Shown: positions 49,515-60,131, numbered from the stretch's first letter. The stretch: 64,000 nt of DNA from Pseudonocardiales bacterium (GCA_003244245.1 QHBY01000446.1:4946-68945); one strand, 5' to 3'. Numbers and translations are program-made. The notes: generated by a model not told the origin, from the sequence alone.

Positions 49515-51266
49515 GTGCAGCAAGCCCAGCGCGAGCAGCAGCCCATCGGTGGGGTGGCCCCTGGGCAGCTTGGACCCGCGCAGCGAGTGGCGGACTGGCA
49601 GCGGTTGGCCGGCGAGCAGTTCGACATCGTGGTCATCGGCGGCGGTGTGGTCGGTTCCGGGGTGGCGTTGGACGCCGTCACCCGGGGACTGAAAGTGGCT
49701 TTGGTGGAAGCACGAGACCTGGCCTCGGGGACGTCCAGCCGGTCGTCGAAACTCTTCCACGGAGGCCTGCGTTACCTGGAGCAACTGGAGTTCGGGTTGG
49801 TCCGGGAGGCGCTGCGCGAGCGGGAGTTGATGCTCACCCGGCTGGCGCCGCATCTGGTCAAACCGGTGAGCTTCCTGTACCCGCTGGCCCACCGGATCTG
49901 GGAACGGCCCTACGTCGCAGCGGGGCTGGCGCTCTACCAGACGCTCGGTGGCGCCCGCTCAGTGCCGGGTCAACGCCACCTCACCCGGGCGGGCGCGTTG
50001 CGGCTGGCCCCGGCGCTGAAACGCGACACCCTCATCGGCGGGGTGCACTACTACGACGCGATCACCGACGATGCCCGGCACACCATGACGGTGGCCCGCA
50101 CTGCCGCGCAGTATGGCGCTGTCGTTCGCAGCTCGACCCAGGTCATCGGCTTCCTGCGGGAGGCGGATCGGATCCGCGGAGTTCGCGTGCGGGACTGCGA
50201 GACCGGCGACGAGGCCAACGTCGACGCGCATGCGGTGCTCAACTGCACCGGAGTGTGGACCGATGAGATCCAGCGGTTGTCCGGCGGTCGGGGCCGGTTC
50301 CGGATCCGCCCCTCCAAAGGGGTGCACATCGTGGTGCCGAGGGACCGCATCGTGGCGGAGAGCGGGCTGATCCTGCGTACCGCGACGTCAGTGCTGTTCG
50401 TCATCCCCTGGCGCAGCCACTGGATCGTCGGCACCACAGACACCGGCTGGAACCTCGACCTCGCGCACCCCGCGGCCACTCGCGCGGACATCGACTACCT
50501 GCTCGACACGGTCAACTCAGTGCTGGCCACGCCGCTGACCGATGGTGACATCGAGGGCGTCTACGCCGGCTTGCGGCCGCTGCTGGTGGGGGAAAGCGAG
50601 GAGACCTCGCGGCTGTCCCGGGAACACGCGGTCGCCCGGGTGGCACCTGGCCTGATCGCCATCGCGGGCGGCAAGTACACCACCTACCGGGTGATGGCTG
50701 CCGACGCGGTGGACGCGGCGGTTCCTGATCTTCCCGGCCGGGTTGCTCCCTCGATCACCGACAAGGTGCCGCTGCTGGGCGCAGATGGTTATCACGCCCT
50801 GGTCAACCAGGCCGATGCGCTGGCCACCCGGCACGGACTGCATCCCTACCGGCTACGGCACCTGCTGGACCGCTACGGCTCGGCGGTGCACGGGGTGCTG
50901 GCCCTGGCCGCGGATCGCCGGGACCTGCTCGCGCCGCTGCGCGAGGCGCCGGACTACCTCAGGGTTGAGGTGGTGTACGCCGCCGGCCATGAGGGGGCCC
51001 TGCACTTGGAGGATGTGCTCACCCGGCGCACCCGGATCTCGATCGAGTACCCGCACCGCGGTGAAGCGTGCGCCGCTGAGGTCGCCGACCTGATGGGCGA
51101 GGTGCTGGGCTGGACGAGTGCAGCGCGGCACCGGGAGGTGGAGCTCTACCTTGCGCGGGTGGCCGCCGAGCGCAGCTCGCAGCGCGAGTCCGACGACTCC
51201 ACCGCTGATGCCTGCCGCGCCGCCGCCCCCGACCCCCGGTCCCTGCTCCTCGCACCCGTCAGCTGA
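49515..51266 (+). CDS. glpD: FAD-dependent glycerol-3-phosphate dehydrogenase
   Basis: ..[55 protein letters not shown].. 583 aa, uninterrupted. Confidence 0.9.
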   Translation: MQQAQREQQPIGGVAPGQLGPAQRVADWQRLAGEQFDIVVIGGGVVGSGVALDAVTRGLKVALVEARDLASGTSSRSSKLFHGGLRYLEQLEFGLVREALRERELMLTRLAPHLVKPVSFLYPLAHRIWERPYVAAGLALYQTLGGARSVPGQRHLTRAGALRLAPALKRDTLIGGVHYYDAITDDARHTMTVARTAAQYGAVVRSSTQVIGFLREADRIRGVRVRDCETGDEANVDAHAVLNCTGVWTDEIQRLSGGRGRFRIRPSKGVHIVVPRDRIVAESGLILRTATSVLFVIPWRSHWIVGTTDTGWNLDLAHPAATRADIDYLLDTVNSVLATPLTDGDIEGVYAGLRPLLVGESEETSRLSREHAVARVAPGLIAIAGGKYTTYRVMAADAVDAAVPDLPGRVAPSITDKVPLLGADGYHALVNQADALATRHGLHPYRLRHLLDRYGSAVHGVLALAADRRDLLAPLREAPDYLRVEVVYAAGHEGALHLEDVLTRRTRISIEYPHRGEACAAEVADLMGEVLGWTSAARHREVELYLARVAAERSSQRESDDSTADACRAAAPDPRSLLLAPVS

Positions 51267-53040
51267 TTGTGCACAGGATGGTGCCTTGGGTGACAATGGT
51301 GCCGGCTTGTGCGGTGAGCCCGGTGATGGTGCCGGCCGTGTGCGCGGTGACCGGGTTCTCCATCTTCATCGCCTCGAGCATCACGATGAGGTCACCGATG
51401 TCGACTGGGTCTCCCTCGCACACCGCGACCGTGACCACGGTGCCCTGCATGGGAGCGACGACCGCGTCGCCCGATGCGGCGCCCGGCCGGCCACCGCCGC
51501 GCTTGCGGGGCTTGGCCCTACCGGCAGCACTACCTCGCAGCGCCAGATCGGCTGGCAGCGAGACCTCTAGACGTCGGCCGCTGACCTCCACGACCACCGT
51601 CTGCCGCGGCGCGGGGGTGGGTGCTTCCGCCGTGGCGCCGTGGGGGTGGAGTTGCGTGCGAAACTCAGTCTCGATCCACCGGGTGTGCACGGTGAAGTGC
51701 TCGTCGTCGGTGGCGGCGAAGGCGGGATCGTCCACGACTGCCCGGTGAAACGCAAGCACGGTCGCCACGCCCTCGACGGTGAACTCGACCAACGCCCGCC
51801 GAGCCCGCGCCAGCGCTTGCTCGCGATCCGCGCCGACGACGATGAGCTTGGCCAGCATCGAGTCGAACTGACCGCCGACGACGCTGCCGGCACGTACCCC
51901 GGCGTCGAGCCGTACTCCTGGTCCGGACGGCGGATCGAAGACTGTGACGACACCGGGAACGGGTAGGAATCCCCGGGCCGGATCCTCAGCGTTGATCCGG
52001 AACTCGATGGCATGGCCGCGTGCTGGCGGATCGGAGTCCATGGTCAGCTTCTCGCCGGCCGCGATTCGGAACTGCTCGCGGACCAGGTCAAGGCCAGTGG
52101 TCTCCTCCGACACCGGGTGCTCCACCTGCAGCCGGGTGTTCACCTCGAGGAAGGAGATGGTGCCGTCGGGACATACCAGGAACTCGACGGTGCCCGCGCC
52201 GGTGTACCCCGCTTCGGCGCAGATGGCCCGGGCCGCTTCGTGGATGGTGTGGCGCTGCTCGTCGGACAGAAACGGCGCCGGGGCCTCCTCGACCAGCTTC
52301 TGGTGGCGGCGTTGCAGGGTGCAGTCCCGGGTGCCGACTATGACGATGGTGCCGTGCTGATCGGCTAGCACCTGCGCTTCGACGTGACGCGGTTTGTCCA
52401 GGTAGCGCTCCACGAAGCACTCGCCGCGTCCGAAGGCCGAGATGGCCTCGCGCACCGCGGAGTCGAACAGCTCGGGGATCTCGGCGATGGTGCGGGCCAC
52501 CTTCAGGCCGCGACCGCCACCGCCGAAGGCGGCCTTGATCGCCACCGGCAGACCGTGTTCGGTAGCGAAGGCCATCACCTCGTCGGGGCCGGACACGGGA
52601 TCCCTCGTGCCCGGCACCAGCGGCGCTCCTGCCTTGCTGGCCAGCTGCCGGGCGGTGATCTTGTCGCCCAGATCCCGGATCGCTTGCGGCGACGGTCCGA
52701 TCCAGGTCAGCCCGGCATCGATCACGGCCTGGGCGAAGTCGGCGTTCTCGGCGAGGAACCCGTAACCGGGATGCACCGAGTCCGCGCCTGCGCGGGCCGC
52801 GACGTCGAGCAGCTTGGCCTGGGCGAGGTAGCTGTCCGCTGCAGAGGCCCCACCCAAGGCGAACGCCTCGTCGGCCAGCGTGACGAACGGAGCGTCCCGA
52901 TCCCCATCGGCGTAGACGGCGACGCTGGTCAACCCGGCATCCCGGCAGGCCCGGATCACCCGCACAGCGATCTCGCCCCGGTTGGCGATGAGGACCTTGC
53001 GCACGCCGCAGTGTAGGCAGGACCAGCGATGAGGTTCCAC
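51259..53040 (-). CDS. accA3: acetyl/propionyl-CoA carboxylase alpha subunit (biotin carboxylase plus BCCP)
   Basis: Colinear with mycobacterial AccA3 (..[18 protein letters not shown].. to ..[13 protein letters not shown]..). Start uncertain (GTG 53040 or GTG 53004). Confidence 0.9.
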   Translation of the reverse strand: MEPHRWSCLHCGVRKVLIANRGEIAVRVIRACRDAGLTSVAVYADGDRDAPFVTLADEAFALGGASAADSYLAQAKLLDVAARAGADSVHPGYGFLAENADFAQAVIDAGLTWIGPSPQAIRDLGDKITARQLASKAGAPLVPGTRDPVSGPDEVMAFATEHGLPVAIKAAFGGGGRGLKVARTIAEIPELFDSAVREAISAFGRGECFVERYLDKPRHVEAQVLADQHGTIVIVGTRDCTLQRRHQKLVEEAPAPFLSDEQRHTIHEAARAICAEAGYTGAGTVEFLVCPDGTISFLEVNTRLQVEHPVSEETTGLDLVREQFRIAAGEKLTMDSDPPARGHAIEFRINAEDPARGFLPVPGVVTVFDPPSGPGVRLDAGVRAGSVVGGQFDSMLAKLIVVGADREQALARARRALVEFTVEGVATVLAFHRAVVDDPAFAATDDEHFTVHTRWIETEFRTQLHPHGATAEAPTPAPRQTVVVEVSGRRLEVSLPADLALRGSAAGRAKPRKRGGGRPGAASGDAVVAPMQGTVVTVAVCEGDPVDIGDLIVMLEAMKMENPVTAHTAGTITGLTAQAGTIVTQGTILCTIS

Positions 53041-53061
53041 TTCGCGGTTTGCGCGCTGGGG

Positions 53062-53496
53062 TTAGTGGCGAAGCACGTGGCCGGCCAGCTGTATGACGAG
53101 CCCGCCGGGAATGCGGCGCAGCGCGGGCAGTCGACGTCGCTTCGGCGTTGAGCGTCCGTCGTAGCGCCAGGTGACCTCCCTGGCGGCGAGTTCCTCCTGA
53201 CCGAGCGGTGCCAGCCGTCGGGCGGCGTTGAGGTCGCGGGCGAGATCCCACCCGTCGCGCAGCGATCCGTACGGCGGACGCGCTGCCGCCCACTCCGCGA
53301 AGCTCGCGATGAACCCGTGCCCTATCGAGGCGGCGAGCAGGGGTCAGGCCGCCGCGACCTCCTCGGCTCGCTTGCGCATCAGGGCGCTGCGCGCCACCGC
53401 CAGGCGCCCTGCGTCGACGCCGTCGGGTACCTCACCACCGGTCACCAGGGCGGCGACCAGCGCGGCCTGGCGCGCGGCGAGCTCCGCCCGGCTCAT
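53062..53496 (-). pseudogene. third gene of the DUF692 cassette (unknown family) with an in-frame TGA
   Basis: [53 protein letters not shown](53344..53346)-PLLAASIGHGFIASFAEWAAARPPYGSLRDGWDLARDL..HVLRH-TAA. The frame stays continuous and protein-like across the stop, probably a former TGG Trp. Confidence 0.55.
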
Positions 53497-54226
53497 CGAA
53501 TGGACACCTCGCCGGTGATCGGTGGCAGGCGGCGGCGTGCGCCACCGCGTCGAGCTCGGCGCGCAGCTGCGCCTCGGGCGGGTAATGGCTGTCGCGCTCG
53601 AGCAGGACCGCAGGTGAGTGGTGCAGCGCGCTGAGCTCACTGAGCAGGTCGAGCACCTCGGGAGGCACCGCATCGGTGTGTGTGTCGTGGTAGAGCCCGC
53701 CGCGCTCGGCGCCGCCGGCGACGTGGACGTAGGCGATCCGCTCCAGTGGCAGCCGGGCCAGCAGCGCGCCCGACGCGGCAGCGCGGTTGGTCGCGTTCGC
53801 GTAGACGTTGGCGACGTCGAGCAACAGCCACGCGCCGGTCCGATCGAGCAGCTCGGTGAGGAACGTGGCCTCGTCCATCTCATCCTCGGGCCACTCGAAC
53901 AGCGCGGCGATCGGCTCCAGCGCCAGTGGGACGGGTAGCTGCGCTTGCGCGAGGAGGACGTTGTCGACCAGGACGTCGAGGGCATCCCTGGTGCGCGGGA
54001 CCGGGAGCAGGTGCCCGGCTTCGGTGCCCCCGGCGCGGACGAAGGCGATGTGTTCACTGACCAGCGGCGCGTCCAGCACCTCCGCACACCGGGCGAGATG
54101 CGCGACCCGATGCTGATCAACGTCCTCGGCGCCGCCCAGGGAGAGCCGGATCCCGTGCGGCACCACGGTGACACCGCGCTGGCGCAGCTGGGTCAGCGGC
54201 TCCGGCAGTGCGCCGACGGTCAGTGT
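53432..54226 (-). pseudogene. DUF692 (MbnB/TglH-like multinuclear iron enzyme) lacking its N-terminal ~50 residues
   Basis: ..[90 protein letters not shown].. is DUF692-like. There is a TAG (54227..54229) in frame directly upstream and no start or N-terminal segment. Confidence 0.65.
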
Positions 54227-54229
54227 CTA

Positions 54230-54674
54230 GCAGCAGGCCGGCGTCGATCAGCCGGCGCTCGATGAGGCCTAGCGCCTCGGCGACGGGCTGCGCGCCCGGT
54301 AGCGCAGCACGCCGGACGGGCTGCTGGGCGCTACGGTGGATCGCCAGCTCCAGTTCGCTTGCCTCCGGCTTGACAGTTCCCCCGACTTGGAGGCGTCGCC
54401 GGCCGGCTGACGCGATGTTGCCGGCCACGTGCAGAGCGCTCAGGGCCGCGAGCACGGCGAGCTCAGATCCTTTGTGCAGGTAGGCAACCTCCTCCGGGTT
54501 CACCGCAATGGGTGCTGGCGTTGGCGTGAGGCTGCGAGCCAGTGCGCGACGGACCAGCATCGTGGCGATGATCGCTACGATGGCCAGCGCGGCGTAGGGG
54601 CCTAGGAACGTCGGCCCGCTGATCCCCCAGGTGTCGCCGGTGGCGGCGAGAGTACGCATCCAGACTTCCTTCAC
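54230..54674 (-). pseudogene. TIGR04222-type membrane protein, C-terminal half deleted
   Basis: MRTLAATGDTWGISGPTFLGPYAALAIVAIIATMLV..NPEEVAYLHKGSELAVLAALSALHVAGNI..LIERRLIDAGLLL matches my recollection of the TIGR04222 N-terminal domain. After ..AGLLLD the frame runs into Arg/Pro-rich nonsense across the DUF692 junction. Confidence 0.5.
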
Positions 54675-54772
54675 GCTATCGGGTGAGATCGTTCAACCAT
54701 GTGAGGTAAGCGTGCTGCATCGGAACTCATGGTGATAGAGGGCTGCCCTCTTGCTGAGCCAGGGGAGTGCTA

Positions 54773-55195
54773 TTAGGGCAGGAACGGATTGCGAATCTGG
54801 AGCTCGCCGAATCGACGACCGTGCTGCAGGTCCTCAGTGACGAGCTCGGTGGCGCCGGCGCGCGCCGCGGCTTCGACTATCAGGGCATCCCAGAAGTTGA
54901 TCGAGTGCTGTTCGGACAGCCGGCTGGCGGAGATGATCAGTACCGGATCGGTGTCGACTACGCACCAGTCGCTGTAATCGTGCACGACCTGGCGGGCTTG
55001 CGGCGGGGGCATCGGCGGCTGGAGCTTTCGGGTCGCGACGTTGTAGAACTCCTGCAGCACCTGAGAGCTCAGCGTGCCGGGCCCTGACGTCCATAGCTGC
55101 GCGAGCAGGTCCTGGGCGACCTGGTGCTTGACCTCGTCATGGGTGTCGTGCGAGTAGACCAGGATGTTGGTGTCGATGAAGGTGAGCGCGTTCAC
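54773..55195 (-). CDS. vapC: type II toxin, PIN-domain VapC
   Basis: ..FIDTNILVYSHD.. (first acidic PIN motif), ..SSQVLQEFYNVATRKL.., ..FWDALIVEAAARAGATELVTEDLQHG.. Confidence 0.85.
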   Translation of the reverse strand: MNALTFIDTNILVYSHDTHDEVKHQVAQDLLAQLWTSGPGTLSSQVLQEFYNVATRKLQPPMPPPQARQVVHDYSDWCVVDTDPVLIISASRLSEQHSINFWDALIVEAAARAGATELVTEDLQHGRRFGELQIRNPFLP

Positions 55196-55449
55196 GCGCC
55201 ATACCGGCCGAGGTGTTCGTCATACAGATCGTCGCGGGTCCATCGCCGTCCTCCGCGGTCGGTGGCCGCTGACATCATCTCCAGGGCGGATTCCCGTGCC
55301 GTGGTGTACCGGTCCCGCATCTCGATCAGCTTGATGATCTGCGCAGCCACCAGCCCGCTCACCGACGTGCCACGCTCAGCGGCGATCACTTTCGCCCGGC
55401 GGATGAGGTCTTCGTCGAGCTGAACTGTGAGGTTGCGCTTCATTCCCAC
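55192..55449 (-). CDS. vapB: type II antitoxin, ribbon-helix-helix (VapB/CopG-like)
   Basis: [36 protein letters not shown].. is an RHH N-terminus. Its stop overlaps the vapC start (4 nt). Confidence 0.8.
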   Translation of the reverse strand: MGMKRNLTVQLDEDLIRRAKVIAAERGTSVSGLVAAQIIKLIEMRDRYTTARESALEMMSAATDRGGRRWTRDDLYDEHLGRYGA

Positions 55450-55473
55450 AGTATGTCACGTGGAGTACGTGAG

Positions 55474-55902
55474 TCACTGTGGTAGGCGGCGGGCGGTGTG
55501 CTTGATCCGGGCCAGCATCGCGGCCGCGCCGCGCAGTCGCAGCGGGCTCACCGCTTCGGCCAGTCCGAACTGGAGGTAGAAGTCGTCCGGTGTGCTCAGC
55601 ACGGTCGCGACGGGCTCGCCGTCCAGCCCAGTGTGCAGGATCGCCGCGAGCCCGCGGGTGGTGGGCGCTTCCGGTGGTGCATCGAAGTACAGGTACACCC
55701 GGTCGTCGGTCACCTCGACGGCCAGGTACAGCGGTGATTGACACTCCGGTACCCGCTGCATCGAGTCGTGGGTCAGCTGCGGTGGCAGCTCGGGCAACTC
55801 TTCAGCCAGCTCCACCAGCAGCTGCAGTCGCTCGGTGGGGCTGACTTCCGCGAACTCCTTCGCCAGCTCGGCCAGCCGCGGCGCCAAGGCCGGCGTGCTC
55901 AT
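55474..55902 (-). CDS. sufE: SufE-like cysteine desulfuration protein (Rv3284-like)
   Basis: ..RLQLLVELAEELPELP..RVPECQSPLYLAVEV..TRGLAAILHTGLDG.. ATG 55902 (MSTPAL..). Confidence 0.8.
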   Translation of the reverse strand: MSTPALAPRLAELAKEFAEVSPTERLQLLVELAEELPELPPQLTHDSMQRVPECQSPLYLAVEVTDDRVYLYFDAPPEAPTTRGLAAILHTGLDGEPVATVLSTPDDFYLQFGLAEAVSPLRLRGAAAMLARIKHTARRLPQ

Positions 55903-55955
55903 CTGCGCTGTCCTTTCCTTGCCGAACGGGGACACTGCTGACCGTGCCACACCCA

Positions 55956-56582
55956 TTACGACCATAGCGATACCACGGATACCCCGACCTCGGCGAGCAG
56001 CCGCCGGGTCAGCGGCAGGCTGATGCCGATCACACTGGACGGATCACCGTCGATCGCGTCGACGAACCAGCCGCCCCGCCCGTCCAAGGTGAACCCGCCA
56101 GCCACCCCCAGCGGTTCCCCGGTGTCGACGTAGGCGGCGATCTCCTCGGCAGACGGGGTGCCGAAGCGGATGACCGTGCTCTGCGCGCCGCTGGCGATTG
56201 CGGTGCGGATGCCCTGGTCGAGGCGCACCACGACGTGCCCGGTGAGCAGCGCGCCGGTGCCGCCGGCCATCGCCTGCCAGTGCTGTGACGCGGCGTCGGT
56301 GCAGCCGGGTTTGCCGACCAGCTCGCCACCGATGTGCAGCATCGAGTCGCATCCGACGACCACCGCGTCAGGGTGCTCGGCGGCGATGTCCGTCGCGACC
56401 GCGTCGGCCTTCGCCTTCGCCAGCGCGGTAACGAGTTCCGCCGGCTTCGCATCGGGCAGGGCGGCTGCCACGGCGTCCTCGTCCACCCCGGACACCCGTA
56501 CCACCGGGTCGATCCCAGCGCCCCGAAGCACGGCGAGTCGCGCCAGGGATGCTGAAGCGAGAACCATGCGGCGGTTAGCCAC
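55956..56582 (-). CDS. maf: Maf-like nucleoside triphosphate pyrophosphatase
   Basis: ..VLASASLARLAVLRGAGIDPVV..GCDSML..GKP...GAYVDTGEPLGVAGGFTLDG.. Confidence 0.85.
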   Translation of the reverse strand: MANRRMVLASASLARLAVLRGAGIDPVVRVSGVDEDAVAAALPDAKPAELVTALAKAKADAVATDIAAEHPDAVVVGCDSMLHIGGELVGKPGCTDAASQHWQAMAGGTGALLTGHVVVRLDQGIRTAIASGAQSTVIRFGTPSAEEIAAYVDTGEPLGVAGGFTLDGRGGWFVDAIDGDPSSVIGISLPLTRRLLAEVGVSVVSLWS

Positions 56583-57018
56583 GGGTGGCGAACATGCCGG
56601 TGAACGTCATCCGCAGCACGCAGTCCTCGCCGCGGTGCGCGGAGCCGACGAGCTCCACCAGGCCCAGGCCAGGACGGCTGCGGGAGTGGCGGGCACCGAT
56701 CACCTCCATACGCATGCGTAGCAAATCACCGGGGAACACCGGCGCAAGCCACGCCATGTCGCGGCCGCCCGGCGAGCCCTGCGAGGTCGAGTCGGCTAGC
56801 ACGGTATCCGCGTACGCGCGCATCCACAGGCACGCGGTGAACCAACCCGACGCGCACAGCCCGCCGAGCACTGAGCGCTTCGCCGCCTCCTCATCCAGAT
56901 GGAACGGCTGCGGATCGAACCTCTGGCTAAACGCCAGCATCTCCTCCCGATCGACCTTGACCTCGCCAAGATCGATCACGGTGCCCGGCGTGAGGTCTTC
57001 GAACGCGATCGTGGCCAC
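56575..57018 (-). CDS. MaoC-like (R)-hydratase/dehydratase domain protein
   Basis: ..FSQRFDPQPFHLDEEAAKRSVLGGLCASGWFT.. hot-dog fold motif. 8-nt overlap with the maf start. Confidence 0.75.
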   Translation of the reverse strand: MATIAFEDLTPGTVIDLGEVKVDREEMLAFSQRFDPQPFHLDEEAAKRSVLGGLCASGWFTACLWMRAYADTVLADSTSQGSPGGRDMAWLAPVFPGDLLRMRMEVIGARHSRSRPGLGLVELVGSAHRGEDCVLRMTFTGMFATRG

Positions 57019-57059
57019 ACCCCGATCCTGCCACCGCCGTCCTTGGACGCCCGCAGGCT

Positions 57060-57119
57060 CCCGAACTCAACAGCAGAGCTGTTGTGCCGGCTTCGGATAG
57101 CTCTGCTGTTGAGTTCGGG
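57060..57119. repeat. perfect 21-bp inverted repeat with 18-nt loop
   Basis: CCCGAACTCAACAGCAGAGCT-(GTTGTGCCGGCTTCGGAT)-AGCTCTGCTGTTGAGTTCGGG, between the accE5 stop and the maoC start. No flanking U-tract. Confidence 0.8.
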
Positions 57120-57132
57120 AACTGTGGGGCTC

Positions 57133-57351
57133 TCATACGTTACGCCAGGCTCCACGACTGGGATGCGGGCAACTTCGCAGCCGGTGTGCCGGGTCGGCCC
57201 AGGCGTTGCGGGGCGACGGCTGCTGGGCAGCGGGGCTCGCCGCCTGCGCGAGCACCACTATCAGCGCGGCCAGCTCCTCGTCGGACGGCTCACCCCGGCC
57301 GATCTGCACCCCAGATGCTGGTGAATCGGTCGCGGGTTCACTCATGGGCAC
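57133..57351 (-). CDS. accE5: acyl-CoA carboxylase epsilon subunit
   Basis: Small ORF downstream of accD5 with the ..PSDEELAALIVVLAQA.. motif typical of AccE. Start GTG 57351 or ATG 57345. Confidence 0.7.
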   Translation of the reverse strand: MPMSEPATDSPASGVQIGRGEPSDEELAALIVVLAQAASPAAQQPSPRNAWADPAHRLRSCPHPSRGAWRNV

Positions 57352-57534
57352 CAGACTCGAAATTCAGCTTGCTCGTCAGTTGGCTCACCTGCTGATCGTC
57401 GAGCACTCGAAATGTGGCAGTCCGCGAAGTGGAACGGGACGCAGGCCACGTTTCAGAACTTACTCATACCCTTGGTCGGTCTTGTCCTCGCGCACCTGTT
57501 CAAGCCGCTTTGGGGCGCGGTGAGTTGATCTACG

Positions 57535-59130
57535 CTACAGCGGGATGTTCCCGTGCTTCTTCGGGGGCAGCGTCTGGCGCTTGTCCCTGAGTATCCGTAA
57601 CGCGCGGGCCACGTACGAGCGGGTGTGGCTGGGCGGGATCACTGAGTCGACGTAGCCCCGGTCGGCGGCGACGTAGGGGTTGAGCAGGGTGTCCTCGTAG
57701 TCCTGCTGGCGCTGAGTGCGCAGTGCGTCCACCTCGTCGACCGCAGCGGCTGCCAGTTCCTTGCGGTGCAGGATGTTCGCCGCGCCGGACGCGCCCATCA
57801 CGGCGATCTGCGCAGTCGGCCAGGCCAGGTTGAGGTCCGCGCCGAGGTGCTTGGAGCCCATCACGTCATAGGCGCCGCCGTAGGCCTTGCGAGTGATCAC
57901 CGTGACCTTGGGCACGGTGGCCTCGGCGTAGGCGTAGATCAGTTTGGCGCCGCGCCGGATTATGCCGTTCCACTCCTGGTCGGTTCCGGGCAGGAAGCCG
58001 GGCACATCGACGAAGGTGAGCACCGGGACGTTGAACGCGTCACAGGTCCGGACGAACCGGGCGGCCTTCTCGGCGGCATCGATGTCCAGGCAGCCCGCCA
58101 GCTGGGTGGGCTGGTTGGCCACGATCCCGACGCTGCGGCCCTCGACGCGGCCGAAGCCGACGACGATATTCGGCGCGAACAGCTCGTGCACCTCCAAGAA
58201 CTCGCCATCATCGACGACCCGGCGGATCACCTCGTGGATGTCGTAGGGCGCCTTGGCCGAGTCCGGGATCAGCGTGTCCAGCTCCCGGTCGGAGTCAGTG
58301 AGGGTGTCGGTCACGGGCCCGTGGGACAGGTCAGGTGCATCGAACACCGGCGGTTCGGCGAGGTTGTTCGACGGCAGGAACGACAGCAGTTCCTTGACGT
58401 AGGACAGCGCGTCTTCCTCATCGGCGCCGAGGTAGTGCGCGTTGCCGGACTTGGTGTTGTGCGTCCGCCCGCCGCCAAGTTCCTCGAAGCCGACCTGCTC
58501 GCCGGTCACAGTCCTGATCACGTCCGGGCCGGTGATGAACATGGCTGATGTCTGGTCGACCATCACCGTGAAGTCGGTCAGCGCGGGGGAGTAGACGTGC
58601 CCGCCCGCGCATGAACCCATGATCAGTGAGATCTGCGGGATAACCCCGGACGCGTGCGTGTTGCGCAGGAAGATCTCGCCGTACAGCGCCAGCGACACGA
58701 CGCCCTCCTGGATCCGGGCACCGCCGCCCTCGTTGATCCCGATGATCGGGCAACCGGTCCGCATCGCCAGGTCCATCACTTTGACGATCTTCTCGCCATA
58801 CACCTCGCCGAGGCTGCCGCCGAAGATGGCAGCGTCCTGGCTGAACACGCACACCGGCCGGTTGTCGACGGTGCCGTAGCCGGTGACCACGCCGTCGCCG
58901 TAGGGCCGGTTGGCCTGCTGGCCGAAGTTGGTGCTGCGGTGCCGGGCCAGCTCGTCGAGCTCGACGAATGAGCCGGCGTCGAGCAGCAGGTCGATCCGCT
59001 CGCGGGCGGTCTTGCGGCCCTTGGCGTGCTGGCGGGCCGCCGCCCGGGCGGATCCGCCGTGCACCGCCTCCTCGTTGCGGCGCAGCAGATCGGCGAGCTT
59101 GCCCGCGGTGGTGTGGATGTCCGGCTCCAT
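57535..59130 (-). CDS. accD5: propionyl-CoA carboxylase beta chain (carboxyltransferase)
   Basis: [16 protein letters not shown].. is colinear with mycobacterial AccD5 through ..[13 protein letters not shown] 59130; the ORF-track extension to 59313 is Arg-rich and not protein-like. Confidence 0.9.
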   Translation of the reverse strand: MEPDIHTTAGKLADLLRRNEEAVHGGSARAAARQHAKGRKTARERIDLLLDAGSFVELDELARHRSTNFGQQANRPYGDGVVTGYGTVDNRPVCVFSQDAAIFGGSLGEVYGEKIVKVMDLAMRTGCPIIGINEGGGARIQEGVVSLALYGEIFLRNTHASGVIPQISLIMGSCAGGHVYSPALTDFTVMVDQTSAMFITGPDVIRTVTGEQVGFEELGGGRTHNTKSGNAHYLGADEEDALSYVKELLSFLPSNNLAEPPVFDAPDLSHGPVTDTLTDSDRELDTLIPDSAKAPYDIHEVIRRVVDDGEFLEVHELFAPNIVVGFGRVEGRSVGIVANQPTQLAGCLDIDAAEKAARFVRTCDAFNVPVLTFVDVPGFLPGTDQEWNGIIRRGAKLIYAYAEATVPKVTVITRKAYGGAYDVMGSKHLGADLNLAWPTAQIAVMGASGAANILHRKELAAAAVDEVDALRTQRQQDYEDTLLNPYVAADRGYVDSVIPPSHTRSYVARALRILRDKRQTLPPKKHGNIPL

Positions 59131-59162
59131 GACGGCCGACCCTAGAGGTAGCGTCTGCGCTC

Positions 59163-59993
59163 GTGTGGTCCGATCTTGAACGGCCGCCGCTTCGTGCGGT
59201 CGCGCTGCGGCGAGCTCTGCTGGCGCCGGTCGGACCCTATGCGGCGCTGGACGTCGTCGCGACCGTGCCCTCGACGAATACCGCGCTGGCCGACGCGGCA
59301 CGAGCCGGCGCACCGGATCGCACCGTGCTGGTTGCCGAACACCAGAGCGCCGGGCGTGGCCGGGCCGCGCACAGCTGGGTCGCTCCCGCCCGGTCGGGGC
59401 TGGCGTTGTCGGTGCTGCTGCGGCTTACCGAGGTGCCACAGGACCGCTGGAGCTGGCTGCCGCTGCTGGTGGGAGTGGTGCTGTGCCGCACAGTGAGCGC
59501 GCTGGGTGAGATCCCCGTGGCACTGAAATGGCCCAACGACCTGCTGCTTGGTGCCCACCAGCGCAAAGCGGCCGGGATTCTGGCTGAGGTGGTCCCCGGG
59601 GGTCCCGCTGTAGTGGTGGGCATCGGGCTCAACGTGACGCTGCGGCCTGACGAGCTGCCAGTGCCCGGCGCGACCTCGTTGGCCATCGAGCAGGCCGCCT
59701 GCACCGACCGCGACCCGCTGTTACGAGCCCTGCTGCGCGCCCTGGACACCGAACTGCGGCAGTGGTGCCAGCACCGGGGTGACCCGATCACCTCCGGCCT
59801 CCACGAGGCCTACCGGAAGCACTGCGCGACCCTGGGCGAGCGGGTTCGGGTGGAGCTGCCGGGCCAGCCCGAGCTGATCGGCACCGCGGAAGACATCGAC
59901 ACCGAGGGCCGGCTGGTGGTCCTGGCGGATGGGCAGCGGCGGGCACTGTCGGTCGGTGATGTGACCCATGTTCGGCCTGTCAACGGAGCGTGA
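59163..59993 (+). CDS. birA: biotin--[acetyl-CoA-carboxylase] ligase
   Basis: ..[45 protein letters not shown].. Divergent from accD5, as in Rv3279c/Rv3280. Confidence 0.85.
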   Translation: MWSDLERPPLRAVALRRALLAPVGPYAALDVVATVPSTNTALADAARAGAPDRTVLVAEHQSAGRGRAAHSWVAPARSGLALSVLLRLTEVPQDRWSWLPLLVGVVLCRTVSALGEIPVALKWPNDLLLGAHQRKAAGILAEVVPGGPAVVVGIGLNVTLRPDELPVPGATSLAIEQAACTDRDPLLRALLRALDTELRQWCQHRGDPITSGLHEAYRKHCATLGERVRVELPGQPELIGTAEDIDTEGRLVVLADGQRRALSVGDVTHVRPVNGA

Positions 59994-60052
59994 TCACGCT
60001 TTATGTGCCTGAGGCGACATGAGTTGTCGCGAGAGGCACACAAATCGTGATC
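59990..60052. repeat. nested-palindrome repeat, copy C
   Basis: GTGATCACGCTTTATGTGCC-[TGAGGCGACATGAGTTGTCGCGAGA]-GGCACACAAATCGTGATC. The birA TGA (59991..59993) is the TGA inside the terminal GTGATCAC. Confidence 0.8.
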
Positions 60053-60131
60053 AGTGAGTGAGCGCAGCCCGGCCCTGACGGATGTCACGGCGGGTCCGTG
60101 ACACAAGCACTGCGCCGCGCCGGGTGCCGGG

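Noticed and set aside
57352-57534. AT-richer 183-bp spacer between accD5 and accE5, with a repeated ACTCGAAAT.
   Set aside because: No ORF, no convincing promoter or RNA motif, and the 9-mer repeat could arise by chance. It is noted only as context for the nearby inverted repeat.
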